A DNA stretch of 64,000 bases from a virus (Duplodnaviria; Caudoviricetes), in the IMG/VR virus record IMGVR_UViG_3300033075_001021; one strand, 5' to 3'. Below the pieces are notes generated by a model, which worked only from the letters and a program-made list of their open reading frames with translations, did not search any database and was not told where the DNA came from. Position 1 is the stretch's first letter. Each line of letters starts with the position of its first letter. Shown piece by piece: positions 48,301 through 56,402 of this stretch. Position numbers and translations under genes: made by a program.

Positions 48301-48668
48301 TCTGTTTGACCAGTTGATACGGATACAATGTTTACGTTAGCGGTTGTGTCATCAATATCAATAAACGATAAACTTTCAGGGGCACCAGTTAACTGAACTG
48401 TTAACAGGTCTTGTTTTGAGGTTTGTAAGTTTTCAAATGCTGATAGTATTGTATCACCAGATGAAAGAGGTTGGTTTAAACCAGTCGTAAAACCACTCAA
48501 TCTTGTTCCTAAAACGTCAGCATCAGGAAAAACTATATTATTCACAACTGTACCAGACACAGTATCAAAACCAACGGTATAGTTATCACCACTAACAACA
48601 ACGGCGAATTCAACATCTGGTGTTATGTTGTTCAGTATCGGAAATTGGCTTATTTTTCTATTAGGCAT
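45360..48668 (-). CDS. Fibre/spike protein with about 40 copies of a 17-aa SNF(I/F)G..AG repeat
   Basis: 1102 aa; N-terminal RKISQF, repeat region about 45920-47970, then GKIGV...PKSTFDVNGS and a C-terminal domain. Confidence 0.82.
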   Translation of the reverse strand: MPNRKISQFPILNNITPDVEFAVVVSGDNYTVGFDTVSGTVVNNIVFPDADVLGTRLSGFTTGLNQPLSSGDTILSAFENLQTSKQDLLTVQLTGAPESLSFIDIDDTTANVNIVSVSTGQTEINISTETSGATDSIILNENGLTIESELYGNTTSLILSDGFGISYTGGGIFNDVNGFYIKNPDKIYFPLSVISGDTLARLSDINNSGFGNTKSIFLGLDSGFDVRSGLTDSYVNYIGFEAGYYASGVTESNYIGYRAGYVAKDNQYCNFIGHEAGYDVTGQTATNLIGYFAGNNSDDVDYSNFIGSYAGNNAKNANGSNFIGQTAGTDTSGATNCNFIGNAAGDSAINVHSSNFIGKNAGVYSYNMPYSNFIGVNAGDSAFDSISANFIGYYAGHTASGSTNSNFIGTSAGDDAFDCEVSNFIGFEAGKSALNSSFANFLGYGAGQGAEDANNSNFIGRDAGQLTKADSSNFIGFQAGKFATFAYNSNFIGQEAGYGATGADNSNFFAEDAGYQATGASRSNFFGLEAGYAAINATRSNFFGLSAGAFAENASYSNFIGRDAGRNATSANTSNFFGDSAGYQAIGASYSNFIGFQSGYYAESAPNSNFIGTSAGYDATYATVSNFIGRSAGEGAIYAAGSNFIGDSAGYNASNAFAANFIGQNAGQGAVNAATSNFIGYQAGYGATSAAGSNFIGYYAGNESPNAQYSNFFGSYAGFQSPRANNSNFFGQYAGFIAEDANNSNFIGTSAGEGAIYAAGSNFIGDSAGYNASNAFAANFIGQNAGQGAVNAATSNFIGYQAGYGATSAAGSNFIGYYAGNESPNAQYSNFFGSYAGFQSPRANNSNFFGQYAGFIAEDANNSNFFGSYAGESANNANASNFIGYYAGYRANNANYSNFIGYQAGYGANVANNSIFIGNKAGKDNGAPPNSIIIGNNITLPFSTGSTMNIGGVLFGSGLNDDLISTPIATETPNGKIGVRVVEPKSTFDVNGSFGAKYTYVDMTTLAADYTIDDFTTVYRFDYLGGSDFNIILPDPATCTNRMYYISRTKDTGGGSLYVISVAGTIEDVDGSIGAIVALKPVERFQWVSDGTNWVLISSYRV
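46078..46778 (-). repeat. Exact tandem duplication, period 357 nt (7 x 51-nt units)
   Basis: 46078-46421 is identical to 46435-46778 by direct comparison. Confidence 0.92.
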
Positions 48669-50448
48669 TTTCTATCAGTATTTTAAAATTGTTTTCTTGT
48701 AAAATGTAAAACCCGTTTTCTTGTATCAAGAAATCACCCACCACATAATATCTAGTTACCTCTTGATTATAAATATTTTGAATGTCAGTAAAATATAAGT
48801 CACAAGCATTAAATTTAAAAGTGGAAATACCACCATAAAAGGTTCCAGCGAAGTTTTTCTCAATTGCCAAGCCCAAATCGGCGGTATCAATACCATCAAA
48901 CGTTTGAGTTTCAATTAATCCTTGTGACCCACCACCAAGACTAATATTAAACGGAACCCCAACTTGCTTCTCCATATGCTCCTCAAGTCGTTTACCGATA
49001 AACTCACTAAAATTATTGACTACGAATTTTAATTTACCATTAATGTAAAACATCAACTTACCCTTTCTTTTTGGTTTAGTTTTAAGTTCACAGTCAGTCA
49101 GCGCATCAACACTAAATCTTATAATTACACTTGTCCATGCATCATATCTAACCATACCACTTGCTGAATATTGTTCTTCAGTTGTTAATCCGCTAATATA
49201 GGTTGTTCCAGAACATGTACCTGTAACGGTTAACAATCTATAACCAATTCTACCATCATCTGTTATCCTAAAACCTAGCGCATTATCAATAACATCAATT
49301 TTAGGGTCTAAGTTATCAAATTGAATTGATGTTGAAAACCCTGTTGTTGTACATACCGTTTGATTACCATAACCACTTGGTATTTGAGCACCACAACCAG
49401 AACAAGTACGACCACTTAAACCAGCTCTACCATAAAACAAAAATGGATTTGTTGTATTGGTCACTACAGTTTTTGGCTTTGTTATAGTTATTGTTTGCCC
49501 ATCATCATTACAAACGGTTTTTTGTTTAAAACCTAAAGGATTACCACAGCTTGAACATGTTGTTCCTGAACCAGTTGCCCTCCCATACAATAAAAATGGG
49601 TTGGTTATAGTTTCTGTGGTTGTTTGATTAGGGTATAGTGTAATTATTTCACCATTGGTGCCACTAATTGTAATATCTGTTTCTTTTGGAATAGTACACC
49701 ATTGACTTACAACATCCGTACAACCAACTGGTAAAGTACAAGCACTTGTACATCCAGTATCAGCACCTTCAAAACGATTCCAAAATTTATTTTCAGCCCT
49801 TGTACCCCAATAAAAGAAAAATCCCTTATTATTTGGGTATTGGTCGTTTAATTTTTCAGCCGTAAAACCAGTTAAAAAGTCTTCATTTCTTTTTAACCAA
49901 AACTCAGCAACCCATCCATTTTTAAATCTATCTGGCCAAACTTGGTATGTAGACCCATCAATCTTATAATAACCTTGGTAGAATCCACCATTAAATTGAG
50001 CATACATTCCACTAACATCAATTTCTGTTTTAATATCATAAACAAAGTTTTTAGTTGTACCCGTAACTTTGTTTAGATGTAATCTAGTGTCGCCAGATGG
50101 TATAACCAATGTAGTACCTGTTAAAGCAGATAAAAGAACCAAATTTGAGAAATCACTGTTATCTTTATCAAACGTCACTAACCCATTATCAATCCCTGTT
50201 AATCCAATTGTTGGGAAAGTATACCCACTATTTGTACCGCCAGTCCAAACCGCTAAACTAGAAATTGTCGTGGCTGAAGTATTACCACTAAGATATATGT
50301 TAGTGTCATTAAAATCAAAATGGGTTATAAGACAAGTATCACCACTAAAAATGCTTGAATCATCATTAGCCAAATAAAAGTCCCAAAACTCACTATTGGA
50401 TAGTATGATATCCAATTTATTAAAATTAAAGTTTTTAATGTTACCCAT
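48661..50448 (-). CDS. LamG/concanavalin-like virion protein with duplicated CxxC segment
   Basis: WVAEFWLK, WTSVIIRF, LMFYINGKL, F.GGISTFKF; two NPFL.YGRA...TCS.CG copies; C-terminal FLIQENGFYILQEN. Confidence 0.65.
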   Translation of the reverse strand: MGNIKNFNFNKLDIILSNSEFWDFYLANDDSSIFSGDTCLITHFDFNDTNIYLSGNTSATTISSLAVWTGGTNSGYTFPTIGLTGIDNGLVTFDKDNSDFSNLVLLSALTGTTLVIPSGDTRLHLNKVTGTTKNFVYDIKTEIDVSGMYAQFNGGFYQGYYKIDGSTYQVWPDRFKNGWVAEFWLKRNEDFLTGFTAEKLNDQYPNNKGFFFYWGTRAENKFWNRFEGADTGCTSACTLPVGCTDVVSQWCTIPKETDITISGTNGEIITLYPNQTTTETITNPFLLYGRATGSGTTCSSCGNPLGFKQKTVCNDDGQTITITKPKTVVTNTTNPFLFYGRAGLSGRTCSGCGAQIPSGYGNQTVCTTTGFSTSIQFDNLDPKIDVIDNALGFRITDDGRIGYRLLTVTGTCSGTTYISGLTTEEQYSASGMVRYDAWTSVIIRFSVDALTDCELKTKPKRKGKLMFYINGKLKFVVNNFSEFIGKRLEEHMEKQVGVPFNISLGGGSQGLIETQTFDGIDTADLGLAIEKNFAGTFYGGISTFKFNACDLYFTDIQNIYNQEVTRYYVVGDFLIQENGFYILQENNFKILIENA

Positions 50449-50461
50449 TTCTTTATCCTAT

Positions 50462-51661
50462 TTAAAATTTTTCAAGTAGTACTCTTTTCCAACCAAACGA
50501 ATTAGTTTTTATATATAGATAATTGTCATCTCTTGTGATATCACCAACACTTCCATTTATATCATACGATGATAACGGTGTATATTTCGGAATACACAAA
50601 GATTTCGGAATCAAACCTGTATTTGTTGTCCAATTACCACCATTATCAACAATAAATTTAGAATCTAATTCATTGTTAATAGCCTTTTTCACGATGATTC
50701 CACCACCAACAGAAGTTTGTTGTGTACCATTGAAGTTCAACTCAATGACATTATCTTCAGCAAAAATTGTTTGCGTATTTAATATGCTGTTAGTCCTAAT
50801 TTCACCTCCATACATTTCCTTTATAGCCTCAATTAACAACGCTGGAATATCTTTATAACTAACCGTCAAGTACCCATCAGGGGTTTCCCCGACCAATTCT
50901 GGGACAATATTTTTAACATCTTGCGCTATTAAACCAATTTTTCTTTCTTCTCCACCTCGAACCCTATCAACCCAATTAAAAGACACACCAGTTAAGCTTA
51001 AAACCTTACTTAATGCGTCATTAATTGGTAAAATATTCTCCTTTAATCGTTTATCAGATGCTTGATTTACAACAAGTCCAGTTGCGTCAACACCAATATC
51101 TACGGTACCAGGTCCAGCGCCAACATTAGTTATAATTAATTTTTCTGTTCTAGTAATTCCACTAACATCAACCCATATTGTTCTACCAGTAAAATCAGAT
51201 GTTCCAGCCGAATAATAATTTAATGAACTGGTATAAACAGTACCACTATAATTTCCACCACCTAAATCTATCATAACGGTAGGTGTTATATCAAAACTAA
51301 CACCAGTATAAGCAGTCGCAACTGTATTCCCATCAATTACCGTCGTTGAACTTGCACTAAATGCTGGTTGGGCATATTGTGTTGTTCCACTATTTGTTGG
51401 TGTTAATGCTGATAATGAACCAGTCGCAATCGACATATTAGCACTGTACCAAGTATAATTTGTTGTTCCTGAATTACCAGAAAAAGCGCTTGTTACACCA
51501 GTTATTGTCAAAGTTATTGCACTTGTTGTTAAATCTGGTCCACTAGTTAATGCACTAAAAGGAACACCAAAACTTGTTCCACCAGACAACACTGTTATTG
51601 TCTCAGGATATTGTTTTATTTGCCGATTTGATGAGTAATCCAATTTGGTTCTAAATTCCAT
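50462..51661 (-). CDS. Fibre protein with internal peptidase S74 intramolecular chaperone domain
   Basis: ASDKRLKENI.PI..AL.KV..L.GVSFNW...IGLIAQDV..IVPELV...ALLIEAIKE starting at residue 202, followed by about 115 more residues. Confidence 0.8.
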   Translation of the reverse strand: MEFRTKLDYSSNRQIKQYPETITVLSGGTSFGVPFSALTSGPDLTTSAITLTITGVTSAFSGNSGTTNYTWYSANMSIATGSLSALTPTNSGTTQYAQPAFSASSTTVIDGNTVATAYTGVSFDITPTVMIDLGGGNYSGTVYTSSLNYYSAGTSDFTGRTIWVDVSGITRTEKLIITNVGAGPGTVDIGVDATGLVVNQASDKRLKENILPINDALSKVLSLTGVSFNWVDRVRGGEERKIGLIAQDVKNIVPELVGETPDGYLTVSYKDIPALLIEAIKEMYGGEIRTNSILNTQTIFAEDNVIELNFNGTQQTSVGGGIIVKKAINNELDSKFIVDNGGNWTTNTGLIPKSLCIPKYTPLSSYDINGSVGDITRDDNYLYIKTNSFGWKRVLLEKF

Positions 51662-51677
51662 TATTGTGGGTTTTATA

Positions 51678-51707
51678 ATAAATATTCCACGTTTCCAATA
51701 TATTTAT
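51678..51707. promoter_or_regulatory. Back-to-back ATATTTAT late-promoter-like motifs at a divergent junction
   Basis: Minus-strand copy at 51678-51685 (16 nt from ATG 51661); plus-strand copy at 51700-51707 (17 nt from ATG 51725). Confidence 0.6.
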
Positions 51708-51724
51708 ATAGAAACGAATTATTT

Positions 51725-52264
51725 ATGTCAATCGAGAAAAACGAAAAAATTGAAGAATTTGTTGATTCTGATGGCGGTATGATTAGCGGTGGAGATAGAA
51801 ATCCAACCAGCGATAGTGAAATTGAAACAGGCCCAACACCTAAAACTTGGGATGATGATTCTGATTATGAGAAAGGTATATCAACAACAACAGATAGGGC
51901 AACTAGATACAGACAAAACATTCCTTGGTTTGCAATTTATAGCTATCGTAGCTCAAGTGGACGTGGTTTACCATTAGACACTAGCGTACCACCAATGGAT
52001 GCTGGTTCAGAATCAGATGGTACGGTTAAAACTGAAGACGAACCAATAAATGAAAGGAATAAAATCCTTAAGAAAAGAGAAATTGAAGAAGATATTAAAG
52101 AAGATTTGGTTAAAAAGTCAAAAGACCATGAAGTTTGGAGCAAAGATTATGATTTAAAAACCGAAAAAATAATTGATACGATTGAAGATGGTGACTTAAA
52201 TGATAATCAACTAGAAAGAATAAAAAAAGCTGTTTTAGATAGAATTAAAAATAAAAATGCCTAA
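51725..52264 (+). CDS. Acidic hypothetical protein
   Basis: 179-aa ORF, first gene of a tightly packed 5-gene operon. Confidence 0.7.
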   Translation: MSIEKNEKIEEFVDSDGGMISGGDRNPTSDSEIETGPTPKTWDDDSDYEKGISTTTDRATRYRQNIPWFAIYSYRSSSGRGLPLDTSVPPMDAGSESDGTVKTEDEPINERNKILKKREIEEDIKEDLVKKSKDHEVWSKDYDLKTEKIIDTIEDGDLNDNQLERIKKAVLDRIKNKNA

Positions 52265-52715
52265 TTCAAAACTTGCAGGTAAATCATATGCTGTTCCAGC
52301 TGAATTTCGTCAATATCTTGGCGATACGATTTCGTATGAAAATATGAAAATGACCAAGACAAGACTAATTAAGGCAAAAGATACAAACCCACAAGAATAT
52401 TCACAAAAAGGTGGTGATTTAGTTTTAAATTGGATTAACAGCGAATTAAAACGTGATACAACAGCCATAAAAAGCACCAAAAAGATTGGAATGGAAACTG
52501 GTCGTGAAAATCAATTCCTTAAAACACACGAAAAGGATAAGGATAACGCAAATCCAACAGGTGCAAATAGCGGTATGGTTAAAATTGGTAATGGTACCAC
52601 ATATCGAAAAGTTATGACTGGTAAAGAAGTCTATAACGAAGCAATTGAAAAAGAAATTACTCAAATTAAATATTTAATAGAGTATATGAATAATAACAAA
52701 AAAAGAAAACTATAA
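52257..52715 (+). CDS. Hypothetical protein with C-terminal EI..IK.LI motif
   Basis: 152 aa; ends YNEAIEKEITQIKYLIEYM. Confidence 0.7.
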   Translation: MPNSKLAGKSYAVPAEFRQYLGDTISYENMKMTKTRLIKAKDTNPQEYSQKGGDLVLNWINSELKRDTTAIKSTKKIGMETGRENQFLKTHEKDKDNANPTGANSGMVKIGNGTTYRKVMTGKEVYNEAIEKEITQIKYLIEYMNNNKKRKL

Positions 52716-52718
52716 ACT

Positions 52719-53087
52719 ATGCCTATTCCACACTTACCTGTCGGAGGACAATCAGCTCTGGAACAATACGCTATTCAGCAAAGAAACGTATTGATTCCAA
52801 TGAATATCTACAACAGTACAGCACCTGCAAATCAGTACAACCCAACCCATACAAGAGCGGTAGCTGACCAAACAACACCACACTATGGTAAAGGTACTGG
52901 TAACTTCCTAGATATCGAAAACTACGCAGCTGGTGCTGATTGGGATATCTTTGGTAACCCATCAGTCGCTATTGGCGGTGGTAGAAATCCAATGTTTGCA
53001 AATAATTTTGCAACTTGGGGTTATGACCCAACCCACACATACCAACACCCTAACACATCAGGAAATATCGGACAAGTGATAATCTAA
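52719..53087 (+). CDS. Hypothetical Pro/Asn/Gly-rich protein
   Basis: 122-aa ORF with 1-3 nt gaps to its neighbours. Confidence 0.7.
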   Translation: MPIPHLPVGGQSALEQYAIQQRNVLIPMNIYNSTAPANQYNPTHTRAVADQTTPHYGKGTGNFLDIENYAAGADWDIFGNPSVAIGGGRNPMFANNFATWGYDPTHTYQHPNTSGNIGQVII

Positions 53088-53088
53088 T

Positions 53089-53802
53089 ATGAAGCTTTAC
53101 AATTTATTTGAAGATATTATATTAGAAAGTGAAAATCTTTTAATGGAATCCGTTGATTTTAACACGGTTAAGGATTCTATTGATAAGAAATATAACGTTA
53201 ACATTGTGTATATTGATGGCGATGGAGTTCGCACCAGTAGATATATTCAACCATATGTTTTGGGTGATACATTGGCTGGTAACAAAGCGATAAGGGCTTA
53301 TCAAATATTTGGTGGGTCTAGAACAATGACAACAAAGAATGAAAAGGGTGGGTGGAGAATATTTAGACTGGATAGAATCGTAGATTGGAAACCAACAAAT
53401 ATGAAATTTAAAGTTCCCGTTTCCGATTTACCTAGTTTTATGATTAATCGAGGCCGATTCAATCCAAACGGCGATGAAATGTTCTCAAGGGTTGATGCAA
53501 TTGCTAAATTTGGTCAGCAAATACAAGAACCAACGCAAGAACCAATACAAGTTCCTATTCAAAAAGCGGAACCAACGCAGGCTCAGCCAGTCAAACCAGC
53601 TCAACCAACAATCAAGGGCTTGTCACCAAAACCATCAAAACCTGAAATAAAAACGGGTACGGAAAAGACCAATAGATATTCTACTGGTAAAGACCCGAAA
53701 CCAAAAATTGAGCCGAATAAACCTGCCGATACCAGCAAAACAACTGGAATTGATACAAGCAAGACAACAGCTCAACCAATAACTAAAAAAGAAAAGATAT
53801 GA
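53089..53802 (+). CDS. Stand-alone WYL-domain protein
   Basis: VNIVY......SRYIQPYVLG......IRAYQ...GGWRIFRLDRI is the WYL signature; no HTH; Pro/Lys/Thr-rich tail. Confidence 0.8.
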   Translation: MKLYNLFEDIILESENLLMESVDFNTVKDSIDKKYNVNIVYIDGDGVRTSRYIQPYVLGDTLAGNKAIRAYQIFGGSRTMTTKNEKGGWRIFRLDRIVDWKPTNMKFKVPVSDLPSFMINRGRFNPNGDEMFSRVDAIAKFGQQIQEPTQEPIQVPIQKAEPTQAQPVKPAQPTIKGLSPKPSKPEIKTGTEKTNRYSTGKDPKPKIEPNKPADTSKTTGIDTSKTTAQPITKKEKI

Positions 53803-54392
53803 CAACACCACCACCAGTAGATTTAAACAGATTAAAAGGTATTCTAGGTGCATCTAAAGCAATAATGAAAAAAGTTGAAACGGGTGACTTTGAAACAGGT
53901 CACGTTGATGCTAGAGCATTAACCGAAGAAGGTGTTCAAGAGTTACACGCAGCTGGTGTTAGCAGACCAATGCGTCAAGAACAACAGCAACTTCAGGGTC
54001 ATCAATATCAAGAAGCCGTAATGAATTCTGGAATGCCAGAAGCGGTGAAAAAAATTATGTTGGAAAGACCAATCCCACAGGTAACACCTAATTATACATT
54101 TTCTTTAGACGATGTCACTGATTTATCAGATGAAAAACCAATGGGTCGCCCATTAGCACCTAAAACAAAACCAAGACAACAAGTGATTCAAGAAAATTAT
54201 GTACAGTCTTCTGATATGATTACTGTAAGTAAAGCTGACTTGAAAGAAATGGTTAATGCAATTGTTAACGAAAGACTTTTGGAATTTATGACAAAAACCA
54301 ACAATAAAGCAATTGCTGAAGATGCTGTTAAAAGAACAATCAATCTTCTTATTAAAGAAGGTAAATTAGCAACAAAGAAAAAAACCCTCTAA
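53799..54392 (+). CDS. Hypothetical protein
   Basis: 197 aa; ATGA overlap with the WYL gene; followed by a terminator. Confidence 0.7.
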   Translation: MTTPPPVDLNRLKGILGASKAIMKKVETGDFETGHVDARALTEEGVQELHAAGVSRPMRQEQQQLQGHQYQEAVMNSGMPEAVKKIMLERPIPQVTPNYTFSLDDVTDLSDEKPMGRPLAPKTKPRQQVIQENYVQSSDMITVSKADLKEMVNAIVNERLLEFMTKTNNKAIAEDAVKRTINLLIKEGKLATKKKTL

Positions 54393-54410
54393 TCTATACT
54401 TTTTTTAATA

Positions 54411-54436
54411 AAAGGAGCCATTATTGGCTCTTTTTT
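54411..54436 (+). terminator. Rho-independent terminator
   Basis: GAGCCA-TTAT-TGGCTC followed by T6. Confidence 0.8.
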
Positions 54437-54437
54437 A

Positions 54438-54468
54438 TTGACTTAATTAATCTAGATTACTATATTGT
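54438..54468 (+). promoter_or_regulatory. Promoter for the glycosyltransferase gene
   Basis: TTGACT-17 nt-TATATTGT (equivalently TTG-20 nt-TATATTGT). Confidence 0.6.
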
Positions 54469-54497
54469 ATTCAAATAAAACGTTTTAAACAAAAAAT

Positions 54498-55763
54498 ATG
54501 AAAAAAATTAAAGTTTTAGTTGTCCCATCAGACAGAACTGGTGTAGGTTACTTTAGAAGTACAAAACCACATCTTGCATTAGAAGAAAATTATCCAGATG
54601 AATTCCACGTTGATATAGATTACGAACCACAGTTAGACAATGACGAGTTTTTAAAACAATATGACATTATTCACTATCACAGAACACTTGGACCATTCGA
54701 TAAAATGCAAGGTGTGCTTGAAAGATTGGATAAACTAGGTATTGTTAGTATTATGGATTTAGATGACTATTGGTCGCCAGGTACCCATCACCCAGCACAC
54801 TTGTTGATTAAACAAAGTGGAATGGATAAGATGATTATCAATAATCTAAAATTGGCTAAGAATATTACAACAACAACCGAAATATTTGCTGATGAGATTC
54901 GCAAATTTAATAAAAATGTTTTTGTTCTTCCAAATGCAATCGACCCAACAGAAAAGCAATTCATACCAAATCCAGAAGTAAGTAATAGGATTAGAATTGG
55001 TTGGTTAGGTGGCTCATCTCACTTACATGATTTAAGGCTAGTGTCTTCTATTGCTGGACATTTTGACAATGTTCAATTGGTTTTATGTGGATTTGACCTT
55101 AGAGGTGTAATGACAATGATTGATGAGAAAACAGGACAACAAACTCAAAGACCGATTAAACCACAAGAAAGCGTTTGGTATGAGTATGAAAAGATATTCA
55201 CAGACAATTATAGGACGGTAAGTCCAGAATATAAGGAATTTCTTCTTCAATTTAAAAACGAAGAATATCCAAACGTAGCAAATGAACCGTACAGAAGAGT
55301 ATGGACAAAACCAATTAGTAGCTATGCATCAAATTATAACTTATTTGATATCCTAATAGCCCCACTTGAAGAAAATATCTTTAATAAGGTAAAAAGTCAA
55401 TTAAAAGTTATTGAAGCTGGCTTTCATAAAAAAGCTATTATCGCACAAGACTTTGGCCCATATCAAATTGACCTTAAAAACGCACATCAATTTGGCGGCG
55501 GTTGGGACCCAACAGGAAATGCATTATTGGTTAACTCAAATAGAAATCATAAGGATTGGGTTAAGAATCTTACCAAACTTATCACCAATCCAGAATTAAT
55601 CAAACAATTGAGTGAAAACCTTTATAACACTGTAAAAGATAAATACTCAATTAATAAAGTGTCTGAAGATAGAAGGGCACTATATCTAAATTTATTAAAC
55701 AATGAAACTAACAATCAAACTAGACCCAACAGTAGGCCAGTTAGTGAGGTCGTTGAAGCGTAA
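54498..55763 (+). CDS. GT-B fold glycosyltransferase (GT4-like)
   Basis: GVGYFRS..P, MDLDDYW, VLPNAID, IGWLGGSSH..DL, IAPLEENIFNKVKSQLKVIEAG. Confidence 0.85.
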   Translation: MKKIKVLVVPSDRTGVGYFRSTKPHLALEENYPDEFHVDIDYEPQLDNDEFLKQYDIIHYHRTLGPFDKMQGVLERLDKLGIVSIMDLDDYWSPGTHHPAHLLIKQSGMDKMIINNLKLAKNITTTTEIFADEIRKFNKNVFVLPNAIDPTEKQFIPNPEVSNRIRIGWLGGSSHLHDLRLVSSIAGHFDNVQLVLCGFDLRGVMTMIDEKTGQQTQRPIKPQESVWYEYEKIFTDNYRTVSPEYKEFLLQFKNEEYPNVANEPYRRVWTKPISSYASNYNLFDILIAPLEENIFNKVKSQLKVIEAGFHKKAIIAQDFGPYQIDLKNAHQFGGGWDPTGNALLVNSNRNHKDWVKNLTKLITNPELIKQLSENLYNTVKDKYSINKVSEDRRALYLNLLNNETNNQTRPNSRPVSEVVEA

Positions 55764-56346
55764 GATAAATAATCTTATTTTTAATTGGTTTAAAAAACCG
55801 TACAAAAATTACTTACTGAAACGTGTTGAAAAACGCAAAGTGGCGAGTATACGCCAAGAATTTAAAAAAAATTTCAATGTATCTCCAAGTTATATTGTTG
55901 AATTAATGCATAAAAGTGATGTTGAATACTTTACCAGAAATCCAACAGTTAAAATCACCGATGAAGAACACAAAACTTTATTATTGGAACAACTTAAAAA
56001 AAGCGCTTATTTATTTAACAAAATAAAACCGTACAATAAAGCGTCATTTTTTTATGAACCAGAAATTATTGATATACATAACGAATCGCTTGATGATAAC
56101 ACTGGGCCACATATTAAAGAATTGATAGCCAAAGAAACGACTAAAGCTGGACGTGAGCTACGTAGTCAAGAAAAAAGTTGTGGGGGTACCTTAGATTATG
56201 CCCCAAAAACCAACAATACTAATGCTATGACTAGACAATCAAGTTCATTAATGCAAGACCATTTAAAGATTTGGGGCCTTGATAAAGAAAAGGGTGAAGA
56301 AGAACTATTACGCACCTTAAAGACTAGGTTTCAAGAAAAATTTTAG
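55702..56346 (+). CDS. Hypothetical protein
   Basis: 214-aa ORF filling the gap before the next promoter; start uncertain because of a 62-nt overlap. Confidence 0.55.
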   Translation: MKLTIKLDPTVGQLVRSLKRKINNLIFNWFKKPYKNYLLKRVEKRKVASIRQEFKKNFNVSPSYIVELMHKSDVEYFTRNPTVKITDEEHKTLLLEQLKKSAYLFNKIKPYNKASFFYEPEIIDIHNESLDDNTGPHIKELIAKETTKAGRELRSQEKSCGGTLDYAPKTNNTNAMTRQSSSLMQDHLKIWGLDKEKGEEELLRTLKTRFQEKF

Positions 56347-56354
56347 GTTAGTTG

Positions 56355-56385
56355 TTGCTTTTTTGGGGAATTTTGAGTATATTTG
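56355..56385 (+). promoter_or_regulatory. Bacteroidota-type promoter for the HD-dUTPase-IMPDH-GT operon
   Basis: TTG-CTTTTTTGGGGAATTTTGAG (20 nt)-TATATTTG. Confidence 0.7.
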
Positions 56386-56402
56386 TTCAAAATTCATTAT
56401 CT

